Of a stretch of DNA of 35,637 nucleotides, positions 1 through 11,014 are shown piece by piece (within the stretch, counting starts at the first letter, position 1; each line of letters starts with the position of its first letter). The position numbers and the translations under genes were made by a program. The stretch is from Octopus bimaculoides (taxonomy: Eukaryota), in contig NC_068983.1 of assembly GCF_001194135.2 (NCBI RefSeq), positions 154,506,144 to 154,541,780 on the forward strand. Direction: 5' to 3'. Below the pieces are notes generated by a model that saw only the letters and a program-made list of their open reading frames with translations, was not told where the DNA came from and made no database searches.

Positions 1-209
1 TAAAGAATATGGCTAGGAACGAGGAAGATATGTTTGAATTTTTGGAAATAAGGCTCTAAATAGAGCTATTTCCGATTTGAAAAATATATGTTCACGAAGT
101 ATTTTGTGTTATACACAACTTATACAAAATTTTAAAACAAAATAGGTCTTTTAAGAGGTGAAAAATGCAACTTACATGGGAGCCGATGTGTCTACCGTCC
201 GTCCATGAT

Positions 210-276
<67 letters not shown>
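210..276 (+). repeat. (GATA)n microsatellite (others at 4434-4500, 7644-7679, 19709-19768)
   Basis: Visible directly. Confidence 0.98.
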
Positions 277-279
<3 letters not shown>

Positions 280-454
280 TCCAATAAATAAAGAGAATTA
301 TACATCTGTTCAGATTTTTGAGATTGTTTAGAACGAATAGTCCTATATTGTTCCTTCCCTTCGATGCAGTTCGCCATAACTTGGATTACACAAGAGTGCT
401 CAAACGGTACCTGCCTGAATATATTGTATATTATTCGTATCTGTTCAATATATA

Positions 455-680
455 CACTGGACAAAATAAGTTTTAGACCGATGTCGACAGTTCTATGCCT
501 TCATTAATATATTTTTAACAAAACTGTATAAAATTGTTACTTTTTACAGTTTATGTAGAATTTTTTCCTCTTTTGAATAATATAGGAGTTATATATCTTT
601 CTCCAATTCGAATAATTTTAATGCGCAATTAATTCAAATCATTAGAAATTGTCAGTATAATAAGTTTAAGACCATATCAA
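455..680 (+). repeat. Left terminal inverted repeat of Tc1 element with outer and inner direct repeats
   Basis: Reverse-complement match to 1850-2046. Outer DR CAAAATAAGTTTTAGACC (462-479) and inner DR TATAATAAGTTTAAGACC (656-673). Confidence 0.9.
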
Positions 681-776
681 GATTATGTTAATTAATAAAC
701 CAAATGGGTGGTCATATGACTGGTCGTACTGCACTGTTTTGTTTAATAATCGAGCATTGTTACACATTAATTCGCC

Positions 777-1789
777 ATGGGAAAGTATCGTAGTATCAGC
801 CCAGTTATTAGATCAAAGATCATGTTGCTTCATCAGCAAAATGTGTCTATCGTGAACATTAGCAAGCAATTAAGCTGCAACAAAACTGTTCAAGCATGGA
901 AGCTTTACCAAGTCACTGGCCAATAGATCGGCAAAGAACGGGCGCCCCAAGAAAAACAACAGTACAGATGGATCGGAGAATTCATTGGTTCTCTGATGAT
1001 AACAGAATGCTAACAGCAGTGGATCTTTACAAGCAATCATCTGATGAAACTGACATCAACTTTGCACAACAGACTGTCAGAAACCGCTTAAAAGAATTTG
1101 GACTGTTCGGTCGAATGGCTCGAAAGAAACCGATAATTTCTAAGACGTACCGGCGTAAGTGGATCAAGTTTGCTAAAAGCTATATTGAATGGACAGCTGA
1201 AGACTGGTGAAAAGATCTTTGGAGCGACGAATCCCGCTTCTGCGTCTTTGGATCAGACGGAAAGACTTACGTCAGACGCTGTCCAACCAAAAAATTCCGT
1301 CCTAGGTGTGTCAAGAAAGCGGCACAAGTGGGAGGTGGTGCGGTAATTGTGTGGGTCTCGTTCAGCAGCTTAAGTATTGGTCTACTTGTTAAGGTGGATG
1401 GCAGACTGAACAGTGTGAGCTATCTTAAATTATCGAAAGAAAATATGATACCATATTTAAATAATCAGATGCCACCGGCGTTTATTTTCCATCAGAAAAA
1501 TTGCCCCGCTCATAAGGTTAGGTAAATTTTGCAATATTTTGAGTGCAAAAATATGGTGGTTATTGAACGGCCTCCGCAGAATCCGGATTTGAATCTGATA
1601 GAAAATTTATGGAATTATGTTTCTAAAAGTGGTCATGCTAAAAACCCAACAAATTTAACCCAATTATATAATTTTATTGAAGAAATACGGCAGAACATTC
1701 CAAGTGATTTTTGTATTCGTTTCGCGAACTCCATGTCCCACCGTTGTAAGGTCGTAATTGAAAATAATGGCTATGGAACTAGATACTAA
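777..1789 (+). pseudogene. Tc1-like DD34E transposase pseudogene
   Basis: ATG at 777 (MGKYRSISPVIRSKIM...), a frameshift near 925, then TG(A)PRKTT, ARKKPII, WSDESRF, GGGAVIVW, FHQKNCPAH (second catalytic D replaced by K) and NPDLNLIENLW, with 34 residues between that position and E. In-frame stops end at 1210 and 1525. Confidence 0.95.
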
Positions 1790-1849
1790 TAATAATTTTT
1801 TGTTCGTTAATCACTTGTGCCGTAAATTTTCAATTTAAACAAAATGATG

Positions 1850-2046
1850 ATGGTACGGCCTTAAACTTATTTTGCCGACAATTTTTAATCATTTGAATTA
1901 ATTGCGCATTAAAATTATTCAAATTGTAGGACGATATGTAACGCCTATATCATTCGAAAGAGAAAAAGATTCTACATAGACTGTAAGAAGTAAAATAATT
2001 TTATACAGTTTTCTTAAAAATAAATTAACGAAGGAATAGAACTGTC
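1850..2046 (-). repeat. Right terminal inverted repeat of Tc1 element (outer ~30 bp absent)
   Basis: GGCCTTAAACTTATTTTGCCG (1857-1877) is the inner DR. The match to the left TIR ends at ATAGAACTGTC (2046). Confidence 0.9.
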
Positions 2047-2101
2047 AGCAACGAATCGATCCCCATGATCGATTTGTTGCTGATAATAAACTCTTAACTT
2101 C

Positions 2102-2137
<36 letters not shown>

Positions 2138-2469
2138 ATAATAATTATATACATAATTATAACAATGGCTTGGCTTGCACTAGACGTCAAAAGACACTAT
2201 TACTACCATAAATTCTCTAATTATATCGAATATTTCACTTTTCTACTCCCATAATTTAATAAAGAGTCTATTATTTTTTACACATCACCATTTTTCGTAT
2301 TTTTCTAAGGGTATGTCTACATTATCATTATTTATATTAATTTATGACTAACTATATTTTTTAATAACTATCTATTTTTTTATATTTTTAACTGTAAAGG
2401 TACACTGTATTCTTCCTGTTTGTATGTTTTCATTTTGTTTTAAATATAATAAATGTCTTTGTGCATCCT

Positions 2470-2630
2470 TCCCTGACGATATTCTCACTTATTAAACAAA
2501 TTGATTTAGTTAAATTAAATTCGGTTAACTTTTATGCTGCAAGTCATGAATTGAAACAATTGTAGCTTTGGTCTTCTCGACGTTAATAGACTTTTATTAA
2601 TCTCATTTCCATCTTCTCTCTTGTTTCATA
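2470..2630 (+). other. Decayed hammerhead-like motif, possibly a Penelope-like element pLTR remnant
   Basis: CTGACGA (2473-2479) ... GAAA-CAATTG-TA (2553-2564) with a palindromic helix III. Partial helix II (ATTC/GAAT, ACTT/AAGT). Helix I does not pair. Confidence 0.35.
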
Positions 2631-2639
2631 TATATATAC

Positions 2640-2683
<44 letters not shown>

Positions 2684-2797
2684 GACGGACTTCTAGCTTC
2701 CGTCTATCACATCCACTCACAAGGCTTTGGTCGGCCCAAGGAGCTATTATAGAAGATGCTCGCCCAAGGTACCACGTTGTAGAACTGAATCAGCAAC
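2684..2797 (-). mobile_element. SINE family A (tRNA-derived, CORE-like body), 5' half
   Basis: Reverse complement matches 22830-22935 and 35102-35158 (TTGGGCGAGCATCTTCTA...GGAAGCTAGAAGTCCGTC). Confidence 0.85.
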
Positions 2798-4432
2798 GCC
2801 TACACACACATACACATACTCACAGACACACACGCACACTCACACACCCGTACACTCACATTCACACACATACACACACACTCCATGCACACACACACAT
2901 ATATATATGTATATATATATGTGTGTATGTTTATGTATGTGTTTGTATGTGTGTGTGTATGTATATACATATATATATATATTGCTTTAATTACTATTAT
3001 ACTTCGGTTGGAACTTACTATCTAGTAATTTGGGCACATTAGTAGGCCCCATGGCTACAGGAGGAGAAGCAAAATTCTAGACTGGAGCGTCTACAATGTA
3101 AAATTTAGTGGCGCTCTGTTGACTAAAAAGAAACAGCAAAAATATTATACTGTGTCTACAAGTCGAAATTAGATCAGTTTTATTCGTTATCAGTGTGAAG
3201 TGGTTTGTTTCAGTTTTTAGTTAAATATAAACTGCACTACTTCACTACTTTGAACAGTAAATATACACATAGCTTTGGCAAGTTAAACATGTGATGTTAA
3301 TGACTCTTTCCTATCTTTTATTTACCAGATAAACAACTCTTAAGTTAAAAAAGATTGTATTATAAATCATTCTGCGCAGAAAATTAACAAAAATAAGTTT
3401 AAATAGAAAAACGTAGCTTTTGGAAACACAGAATGAAAAGTTTGCTATGTTATTGTTTACAACAGCATAGCAAATTGCAAGGAATCCTGTAGATAGTTGA
3501 AAATGTTTTGTTTAACTTGCAGTTCCCGGCTGAGCTTAGATTCATTTCGTCTGGACACTCTATAAATATAAGTATTCGATGAGTGCTTGAGCAACCCATT
3601 TCGGATGCACAAAAAAAATTATCACAAGCTTAGCTCAAAAGAACATATCAACAATAAGTATTTTAACTTCGATAATGATGTAAAGTAATGGTTTACAATT
3701 CTTGTCAACAGAGTGCTAGAACGTGTTGTGTGGTACAATAATTGTATAGAGGGAGTATTATGTGGGGAAAATCAAATCAAATATATCATCTTGTCAGACA
3801 ATTCAGACTGTTTCATTCAATTACAATAATGATTTTACCCAATTTTATATGCTAGATAGCGGTACTTTTACAACTCCCTCTAGAATATAAACCTATGAGT
3901 AAATACATACACACACATATGTATATATCTATATATGCGTGCGTGTGTGTGCATGGATGTATATATATGTGTGTGTATATACATATATGTATGTATATTC
4001 CTGTATGTATCCATATGTGAATATAATATTAACAGGTGTACATAAACACATACATAGTGTACTGGCGTGTACGTGTGTTTGTGCGTGTTTGTGTGTGTGG
4101 TTGCGCTAACGATAGATTATTTATCGTTTGATTGATTGAAGTCAGACAGTGAACTGTATACATCTATTTATCTATCTCTCTAGCTCTCTATCTGCCTACC
4201 TTTTTCTCTTTTTCTTTCTTTCTCTCCATATATAATGTGATATAATGTGTATGTGCGTAAGTATTAAAGTCCGTCTGTGAGTGAGTCTATTAGGGATCGA
4301 ACGAACTATCAGTTTGCAGTTAGACCGATAGGCAGTTAGGCTGACAGATAAGTTAGAGCGGAAGAGATTACTAGACAGACAAACAAATGAACGAACGGAC
4401 AGACGGGTGAATGAATGGATGGAAGGATAAAC

Positions 4433-4501
<69 letters not shown>

Positions 4502-4769
4502 GCAAGAATATAAAACTTGATGTTTTTATCAGCAGTTGATGGTAAGTTTAACATGACATATTCTATTATACGTCAGTCATTACATGTCACTTGTATTCAG
4601 AATATTTAAATATTACGGCTGTCCTTGCCAAAATAGATCAGGGAACTCTTTTTGATATTTAAGTGCTTAACCATTATTATCTAGTCTAGAGCAAACCAGA
4701 ACCTCAGTTCAGCATGCTGTGCAAACAAAATACTAATTGATAGGACAGAATTATTACTGTTTGAAAACA

Positions 4770-4812
<43 letters not shown>

Positions 4813-5017
4813 AGGGTACGACAGAAGTAACGCCCTTTCGTATTTGAGTTTTCTAGATTCTAATTGAATTTATTCTTATTTCCTAAAACTTCTGCGATTG
4901 TTTTTCATTAGTTTATTATTTGTCTTCTTATGTGGGGAAAATCATTAATTCATTATTCTTATTACAGTTTATTATTAGTTTATTATTCGTTAATTTAATA
5001 AGTTTGTGTTCAATAAA

Positions 5018-5931
5018 NNNNNNNNNNNNNNNNNNNNNNNNNNNNNNNNNNNNNNNNNNNNNNNNNNNNNNNNNNNNNNNNNNNNNNNNNNNNNNNNNNN
5101 NNNNNNNNNNNNNNNNNNNNNNNNNNNNNNNNNNNNNNNNNNNNNNNNNNNNNNNNNNNNNNNNNNNNNNNNNNNNNNNNNNNNNNNNNNNNNNNNNNNN
5201 NNNNNNNNNNNNNNNNNNNNNNNNNNNNNNNNNNNNNNNNNNNNNNNNNNNNNNNNNNNNNNNNNNNNNNNNNNNNNNNNNNNNNNNNNNNNNNNNNNNN
5301 NNNNNNNNNNNNNNNNNNNNNNNNNNNNNNNNNNNNNNNNNNNNNNNNNNNNNNNNNNNNNNNNNNNNNNNNNNNNNNNNNNNNNNNNNNNNNNNNNNNN
5401 NNNNNNNNNNNNNNNNNNNNNNNNNNNNNNNNNNNNNNNNNNNNNNNNNNNNNNNNNNNNNNNNNNNNNNNNNNNNNNNNNNNNNNNNNNNNNNNNNNNN
5501 NNNNNNNNNNNNNNNNNNNNNNNNNNNNNNNNNNNNNNNNNNNNNNNNNNNNNNNNNNNNNNNNNNNNNNNNNNNNNNNNNNNNNNNNNNNNNNNNNNNN
5601 NNNNNNNNNNNNNNNNNNNNNNNNNNNNNNNNNNNNNNNNNNNNNNNNNNNNNNNNNNNNNNNNNNNNNNNNNNNNNNNNNNNNNNNNNNNNNNNNNNNN
5701 NNNNNNNNNNNNNNNNNNNNNNNNNNNNNNNNNNNNNNNNNNNNNNNNNNNNNNNNNNNNNNNNNNNNNNNNNNNNNNNNNNNNNNNNNNNNNNNNNNNN
5801 NNNNNNNNNNNNNNNNNNNNNNNNNNNNNNNNNNNNNNNNNNNNNNNNNNNNNNNNNNNNNNNNNNNNNNNNNNNNNNNNNNNNNNNNNNNNNNNNNNNN
5901 NNNNNNNNNNNNNNNNNNNNNNNNNNNNNNN
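5018..5931. other. Assembly gap (others at 8315-8324, 29070-29274, 29767-30094, 33676-34474)
   Basis: Runs of N, several bordered by microsatellites. Confidence 1.
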
Positions 5932-5934
5932 ACA

Positions 5935-6110
5935 ATTGGTGTTGGCATGTTTGCATTCTCGTAACTTAGCGGTTCAGCAAAAGTACCCGATAGAATAAGT
6001 ATCAAGCTAAAAGAAATAAGTACTGTGGTTGATTCATTCGACTAACAATTCAAGACGGTGCCCTAGCATGGCCGCTATCTAATGACTGAAACAAATAAAA
6101 CATAAAAGAT
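5935..6110 (+). mobile_element. SINE family A, 3' half
   Basis: GTAACTTAGCGGTTCAGCAAAAG...GCATGGCCGC...TGACTGAAACAAATAAAA matches 22975-23143 and 35280-35453. Confidence 0.9.
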
Positions 6111-6179
6111 TAAAGGCATACACACACATATACACACACACACACATACACATACACACGTACGGACACACACACACAC

Positions 6180-6224
<45 letters not shown>

Positions 6225-6294
6225 GAAAGAAAGAGAGAGACATATTTTGTTAAGTATCGAGACAACAAAGAAACCTCGATGTATTTATTTGATT

Positions 6295-6395
6295 TGCTAT
6301 AAATAACAGCCAAGTGTCCCTAAAATCACTTCTACCATTAAGAAAAGGGAGGTTGCCTTAAATAAGCTAGCCCTAGACGCACTGTCACAATTTAG
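6295..6395 (+). repeat. Unclassified interspersed repeat family D, partial
   Basis: TGCTATAAATAACAGCCAAG...TTAAATAAGCTAGCCCTAGAC aligns with 20797-20880 and 31744-31800. Confidence 0.55.
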
Positions 6396-6906
6396 TGATG
6401 GTCTAATCCCAGCTTTTGTGAATTTCGATATCTGGTCGACCAACGGTAGTATCATCAGATATGAAATCCACTGTGGATCATACTCGAGAAATAAAATTTT
6501 GCGTTTCTAGAATAGAATAAATATAAACAAGTAATTACGTAAGTGTGTGTTTGTGTGTGTGTTAGTGCACATGCATGCACACACACACACACACACACGC
6601 ACACATACATTTCATACGTACTTAGTATGCTTTCGGCCAGAATTGGCCCAGATCACGACTAAACAACATCCCGTGGAGAAAAGATGTAATCCTGTTTGAT
6701 GATACAGTCATACTTTGGTGCCTTAGCCCATTCGAATAAAGGGTTATCGTTTGCAGAGACATATCCTGCAGTAGAAGGTTTATCTGGAATTTGTTGGGGG
6801 ATGTAGTGATCACTCGGATTCTAAGATTCGTCTTCAAGATCAAAAAATTGTACAGCTCGGGTTGTGGGCGAAGAATGCGACCAAATTTATGAGTACTATT
6901 CATATA

Positions 6907-7054
6907 CTTTTTTACTTGTTTCAGTTATTTTACTGCGGCCATGCTGCAGCACCGCCTTTTAATCGAGCAAATCGGTCCCATGATTTATTCTTTGGAAGCC
7001 TAGTACTATCCTATCGGTCTTTTTTGCCGAACCGCTAAGTCACAGGGACGTAAA
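6907..7054 (-). mobile_element. SINE family A, 3' half
   Basis: TTTACTTGTTTCAGT...GCGGCCATGCTGCAGCACCGCC...CCGAACCGCTAAGT is near-identical in layout to 16025-16170. Confidence 0.9.
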
Positions 7055-7406
7055 TTGTTAACTATCCCACCAGTGAGGGATCGATGCTATTGTAGTGATC
7101 AATAGATATTCTCGTATCTTCCATCTTCCGTCTCACTCATTAATCAAATATCCAACGAACACTATGAAAGTGGACGTACTTTAGCTTTAGCATACGATTT
7201 AGTATCTAATATATTTATACATACATATACGGAACTCAGAAGCAGTATATGAGACACGAACTTTCTATAATGCATGCAGACGAGCATTGTAAATGACATT
7301 CAAACCAAGACCAACGACTTGACTACCAAAAACTAATGCACACACTTCACAATCTTTAAAAACACTATTAAGTTACTGCACCCTATTTCTATTATTATAC
7401 AAAGTG

Positions 7407-7560
7407 TAGAGTTGGTAGGGACATTAAGGTATTGGCTATAATACTAACAGTATTTGATCTGACTCTCGTACTCTGAGTTCAAATCTTCCCTAGATCAGGT
7501 TCGCCGTTCCTTCTTTCTAGATCGATGAAACAGTTATCAATTCAGGGTTGTGGATTGACG
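7407..7560 (+). mobile_element. SINE family B, degenerate
   Basis: B-box-like CTGAGTTCAAATC followed by TTCGCCGTTCCTTCTTTCTAGATCGATGAAA, matching 15220-15285. Confidence 0.55.
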
Positions 7561-7640
7561 GAGATGTTAAACGATCGAGCAAGAAACTTCGTGATTTCAG
7601 TTCCAGCTCTTTGCGTTCTCAGAGCAGCACTTGGAACGAT

Positions 7641-7679
<39 letters not shown>

Positions 7680-7955
7680 CATTTCTTTTATTAGCCACAC
7701 AGGGCTCAACAAAGATGGGACGAATACAATGTAGAGCTTTTCTTTTTAGGAGGGGGAAGAAAAAGAAAAAAGATAGATAGATAGAGTGGTAGGTAAGTAG
7801 GTAAGTAGGTAGAAAATTCACTGTGAGGTTGGGGCAGAGAGGTAAAATATAATACCAAGAGAAGCAATATTTTATGAACCACAAAAACAGAGGGAGAGAT
7901 AAAAGGAAAGGAGCGAAACGACCTCTTACATATTCAAAGTCTGTTAAAAACTTAC

Positions 7956-7962
7956 CGAACAA
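7956..7962 (-). other. Candidate 7-nt microexon TTGTTCG
   Basis: An 89-nt AG-free T-rich tract ending TGTCTGCCAATCAG, then TTGTTCG, then a perfect GTAAGT donor. Confidence 0.25.
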
Positions 7963-8278
7963 CTGATTGGCAGACAAGTGAACAATAACGGTAGCCAAGA
8001 GCAAAAGGAACGGTTAAGACAACACAATATATAAAACAAATAGATATATACACCTGACAGGAAGTATTTCAGACAGCTCTAAAGTTAATAATGGTCAAGG
8101 ACATAGGAAAATGGTTATGAGTGGTTTGTGTAGTATGAACGACTCCATGTTTACAAAAGTCAGTGGCAGCTCTTTTTTCTCTTCAAGTAGATTATGAAAT
8201 GGAGGAAGGATATGGAAAAAAGATGGCAGCCGTATACACGTTTATACTTGGACACATTTACAAACACTCACTCACAGT

Positions 8279-8314
<36 letters not shown>

Positions 8315-8391
8315 NNNNNNNNNNACATACATACATGTGTGTGTGAAGCGTGAGAGAGAGACAGAGTGAGAGAAAGTAAGAGAGAGAGAAA

Positions 8392-8431
<40 letters not shown>

Positions 8432-8438
<7 letters not shown>

Positions 8439-8552
8439 CGCACGGCTGTGTGGTTAAAAGGAATAGCCTTGCAAACACGTGGTTTCCGGTTCAGTCACAA
8501 TGTGCGGCTCCGAACCGACTATTGAGTGAATACAGTCGCCAAAACTGTTTGG
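8432..8552 (+). mobile_element. SINE family A, degenerate tRNA-like head
   Basis: CGGCTGTGTGG (A-box-like) ... CACGTGGTTTCCGGTTCAGTC (B-box-like), similar to 22785-22840. Confidence 0.6.
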
Positions 8553-8580
8553 GGGCTTGTCGCACACGCACACACATACA

Positions 8581-8640
<60 letters not shown>

Positions 8641-8720
8641 ATAACATAATAATATATAAATATATATATATATACAAACATGCATACATACAATATAGTG
8701 TTCAAATGTTCACGCTGCAC

Positions 8721-8753
<33 letters not shown>

Positions 8754-8824
8754 GCATCTATATAAATATACATGTGTGTATATATAGGTACGTGTGTATG
8801 TATGTATGTATGTATGTATGTATG

Positions 8825-11014
8825 TCATTATTCAGTTTATTGCAAGATTTCTTGCCAATGGAGAAAGAACAGGTTTCTAACCTAGATCCAAGGCTCCTTC
8901 ATTAGAATTTCATCAACAACAGGGTAATTTTGGTTGTTTGCATATATGTATGTATGTATGTATGTTTATCTGTGTGCAAATTTGCATGTTTTATGTGTGT
9001 ACCCTCATGTATATAGTTGCATATCTAGACATGCTCATATATATTTAAATGATAAACTTCTGGAGAGTTTTACAGAATTTTATGATTCCAATGATGGATT
9101 CGATCTGTCGTCTTCGAATTCTAGTTTGAGAAGCCTAATTTCTCAAGATTGGTATTTAGGCATTGTATTATATATCCCAGGGCATTGTATTATATATCCC
9201 AGGGCCCCAATAATTACAGGTATAAACCTGAACTTGTAATTTGGATAGAGCAACTGCAGATTCCTCAATGGTTCAGCGTAGGTATTCTCTTTTTCACTGG
9301 TCTTCAGCATTATGTTAACATCCGCTGGGCAGCAAATTTCCACAACTATGCATACTTTCTCTTCTCTATCCAAAATCATTATATCAGGTGTGCTGTGCTT
9401 ACATTTTATTGAAGTCTTCACTGGTACATTCCACCAGTATTCCTTTTTATTATGTGTGGCAATGGCTTCTACTATATTGTGGGTTCTTATTTCTTTGTCC
9501 TCGTCCTTCCGACGGATTTCATTATACAGTTTCCAGCTACAGCGTCATGTCTCATCGGTAGTTAATACCGGACAAGTGTTTATGATGTGGGTGATATCTT
9601 CAGTGTGAACTCCACAAAGTCTGCATCGGTTGTTACATTTATGGCTTTTCCTGCATCTCTATCCCTTTTGTGCACCAGGTACTTGGTTGATATCTTTTGT
9701 TCCTGGATTGCAAACGCATACCCTTCAAAGTGAGGGGTAGTGTCCGTCTATTGGTCCATGATAAACTGCTTTGATGATCGATGTCACTGTCATCACGGAG
9801 CTTTCTACTAACATATCTATGCATAGTCTTCTGCTCATAAAGGCTCATCCTTTCATCTGAGTCGTGTGACTTCTTTGGGCATGTATTCTAGGTTATCAGA
9901 CACAGTGTGTTGCTAAAGCAGCTGCCTTCCAAGTCTTATGATGTTATCAGCCTCATGTATGCAAACTTGGTCAAGGAATACACTTCGACACTCGGTGACT
10001 AAAAGATGTTGCCGAAATGATATGATACAACATTCAAAGGCATTTTGGATCGATGTTAAGCCTCTGCCGCCTTGTTTTCATTTTAGGTAGTGGGAATTAT
10101 GTGTGCTTGTTAGTATCTTTCGGGTTTTCACATCAATGGTTCGGCTCTCATCCAGGGTTCAATCAAGCAGTCCAAATGCTGGTATGGATACTGGCATTGC
10201 AAACACATTGTAGGCCAAATTTTCTTTATTCGGCTGTAATATTCTTTAGTGACTCGTGTTTTGTTAGAGGTGCCATTGTAAAATATATTTTCATCCACCC
10301 CTAGACATCTGTAACATTCCCCGTCAGATAAAGGGAAAAAGTCAAATCATTGATGGAGATGTTACTAGTCTGGTTTATAGATTTACTCTCATGTCTCTGT
10401 ATACTGCTGCCTGGTTGCTGTTTTTTTTTTTTTTTGTTTATTGTTCTTCTCTCGGTTATTCTCTTCTGATGTCAGAGATTTTCACTTACAGCTTTTAGCT
10501 CCAACTTGAGGGTAATTAGTTTGCAAGTGAGTGTCCTCTTTTTGCGGTCTCCAAACATCATTTCTATCTCATCTTTTACTTTCTGTTCGTGTGACGTATA
10601 GTAATTTGCTTGTTTGCATGCAATAAGCATCATTACATGACTGATGGTCTTCCGTAAACCATTTATCTTTTTCTTTGTCTTCAAAACACAAGATGGTACT
10701 TTCTTTGTTATTTCGGGTTTTGTTTACTTTCTGAATGTCATTCATATACCGTTTTACAGTTGTAGCCAAGGCATATAGAGAGGCGTTACTCTGCTAGTAT
10801 GTGGGTTCATCACACTGTTGTAAATACTCATCACCAATTTCATTAACAGCTTTTAATACCGTATCTGGTGGGGTTTTTTACTTACTTTGGTAGAGAACAA
10901 CCATCTCCTCGAGAGAGCCCTTCAAAACCAAAGTTATTTTTTTCTCGGAAAATTTCAGTAAGGGCATATAATCCTGACTTCCACTACTACAGTTATCGTT
11001 GCGGTTGTGCCTGC
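8825..11014 (-). mobile_element. R4/Dong-like RLE non-LTR retrotransposon, copy 1 (frameshifted, RT core deleted)
   Basis: The minus strand encodes YRCLGVDENI, QGGRGL, the CCHC knuckle CRLCGVHTEDITHIINTC (~9570-9625), RHDAVA, EYWWN and the RLE motif PDIMILDREEKVCIVVEICCP. Stop at 9045-9047, 3' UTR ending AAACTGAATAATGA. An N-terminal-like segment lies at 10400-11014. Confidence 0.9.

Larger units (their letters stand above)
453..2046 (+). mobile_element. Tc1-family (IR/DR type) DNA transposon, decayed, right outer end missing
   Basis: TA at 453-454 followed by CACTGGACAAAATAAGTTTTAGACC. About 200 bp of inverted repeats (455-680 vs 1850-2046) flank a transposase pseudogene. Confidence 0.95.

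Noticed and set aside
4533-4541. Plus-strand 9-nt microexon-like CAGTTGATG|GTAAGT
   Set aside because: Short AG-free zone and next to a (GATA)n tract. It shows that such signals arise by chance in this window.
4811-4840. CAGGGTACGACAGAAGTAACGCCC, resembling a Tc1/mariner terminus
   Set aside because: No partner TIR is visible. It may lie in the adjacent gap.
3758-4944. Exact 17-bp repeat TTATGTGGGGAAAATCA at 3758 and 4928
   Set aside because: One such match is near chance level in ~30 kb of AT-rich DNA, and there is no element between the copies to make it a target-site duplication.
4920-6005. Long ORFs of 120-500 aa here and at 28815-30292 and 33469-34965
   Set aside because: They are open only because they run through N gaps.
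6415-6500. Minus-strand CTGATGA...CGAAA with an upstream hairpin
   Set aside because: No helix III pairing and no UH cleavage triplet in the required position.
10880-11014. Possible HDV-like ribozyme at the 5' end of R4-like copy 1
   Set aside because: I could not build the nested double pseudoknot. The segment looks like truncated N-terminal coding sequence.
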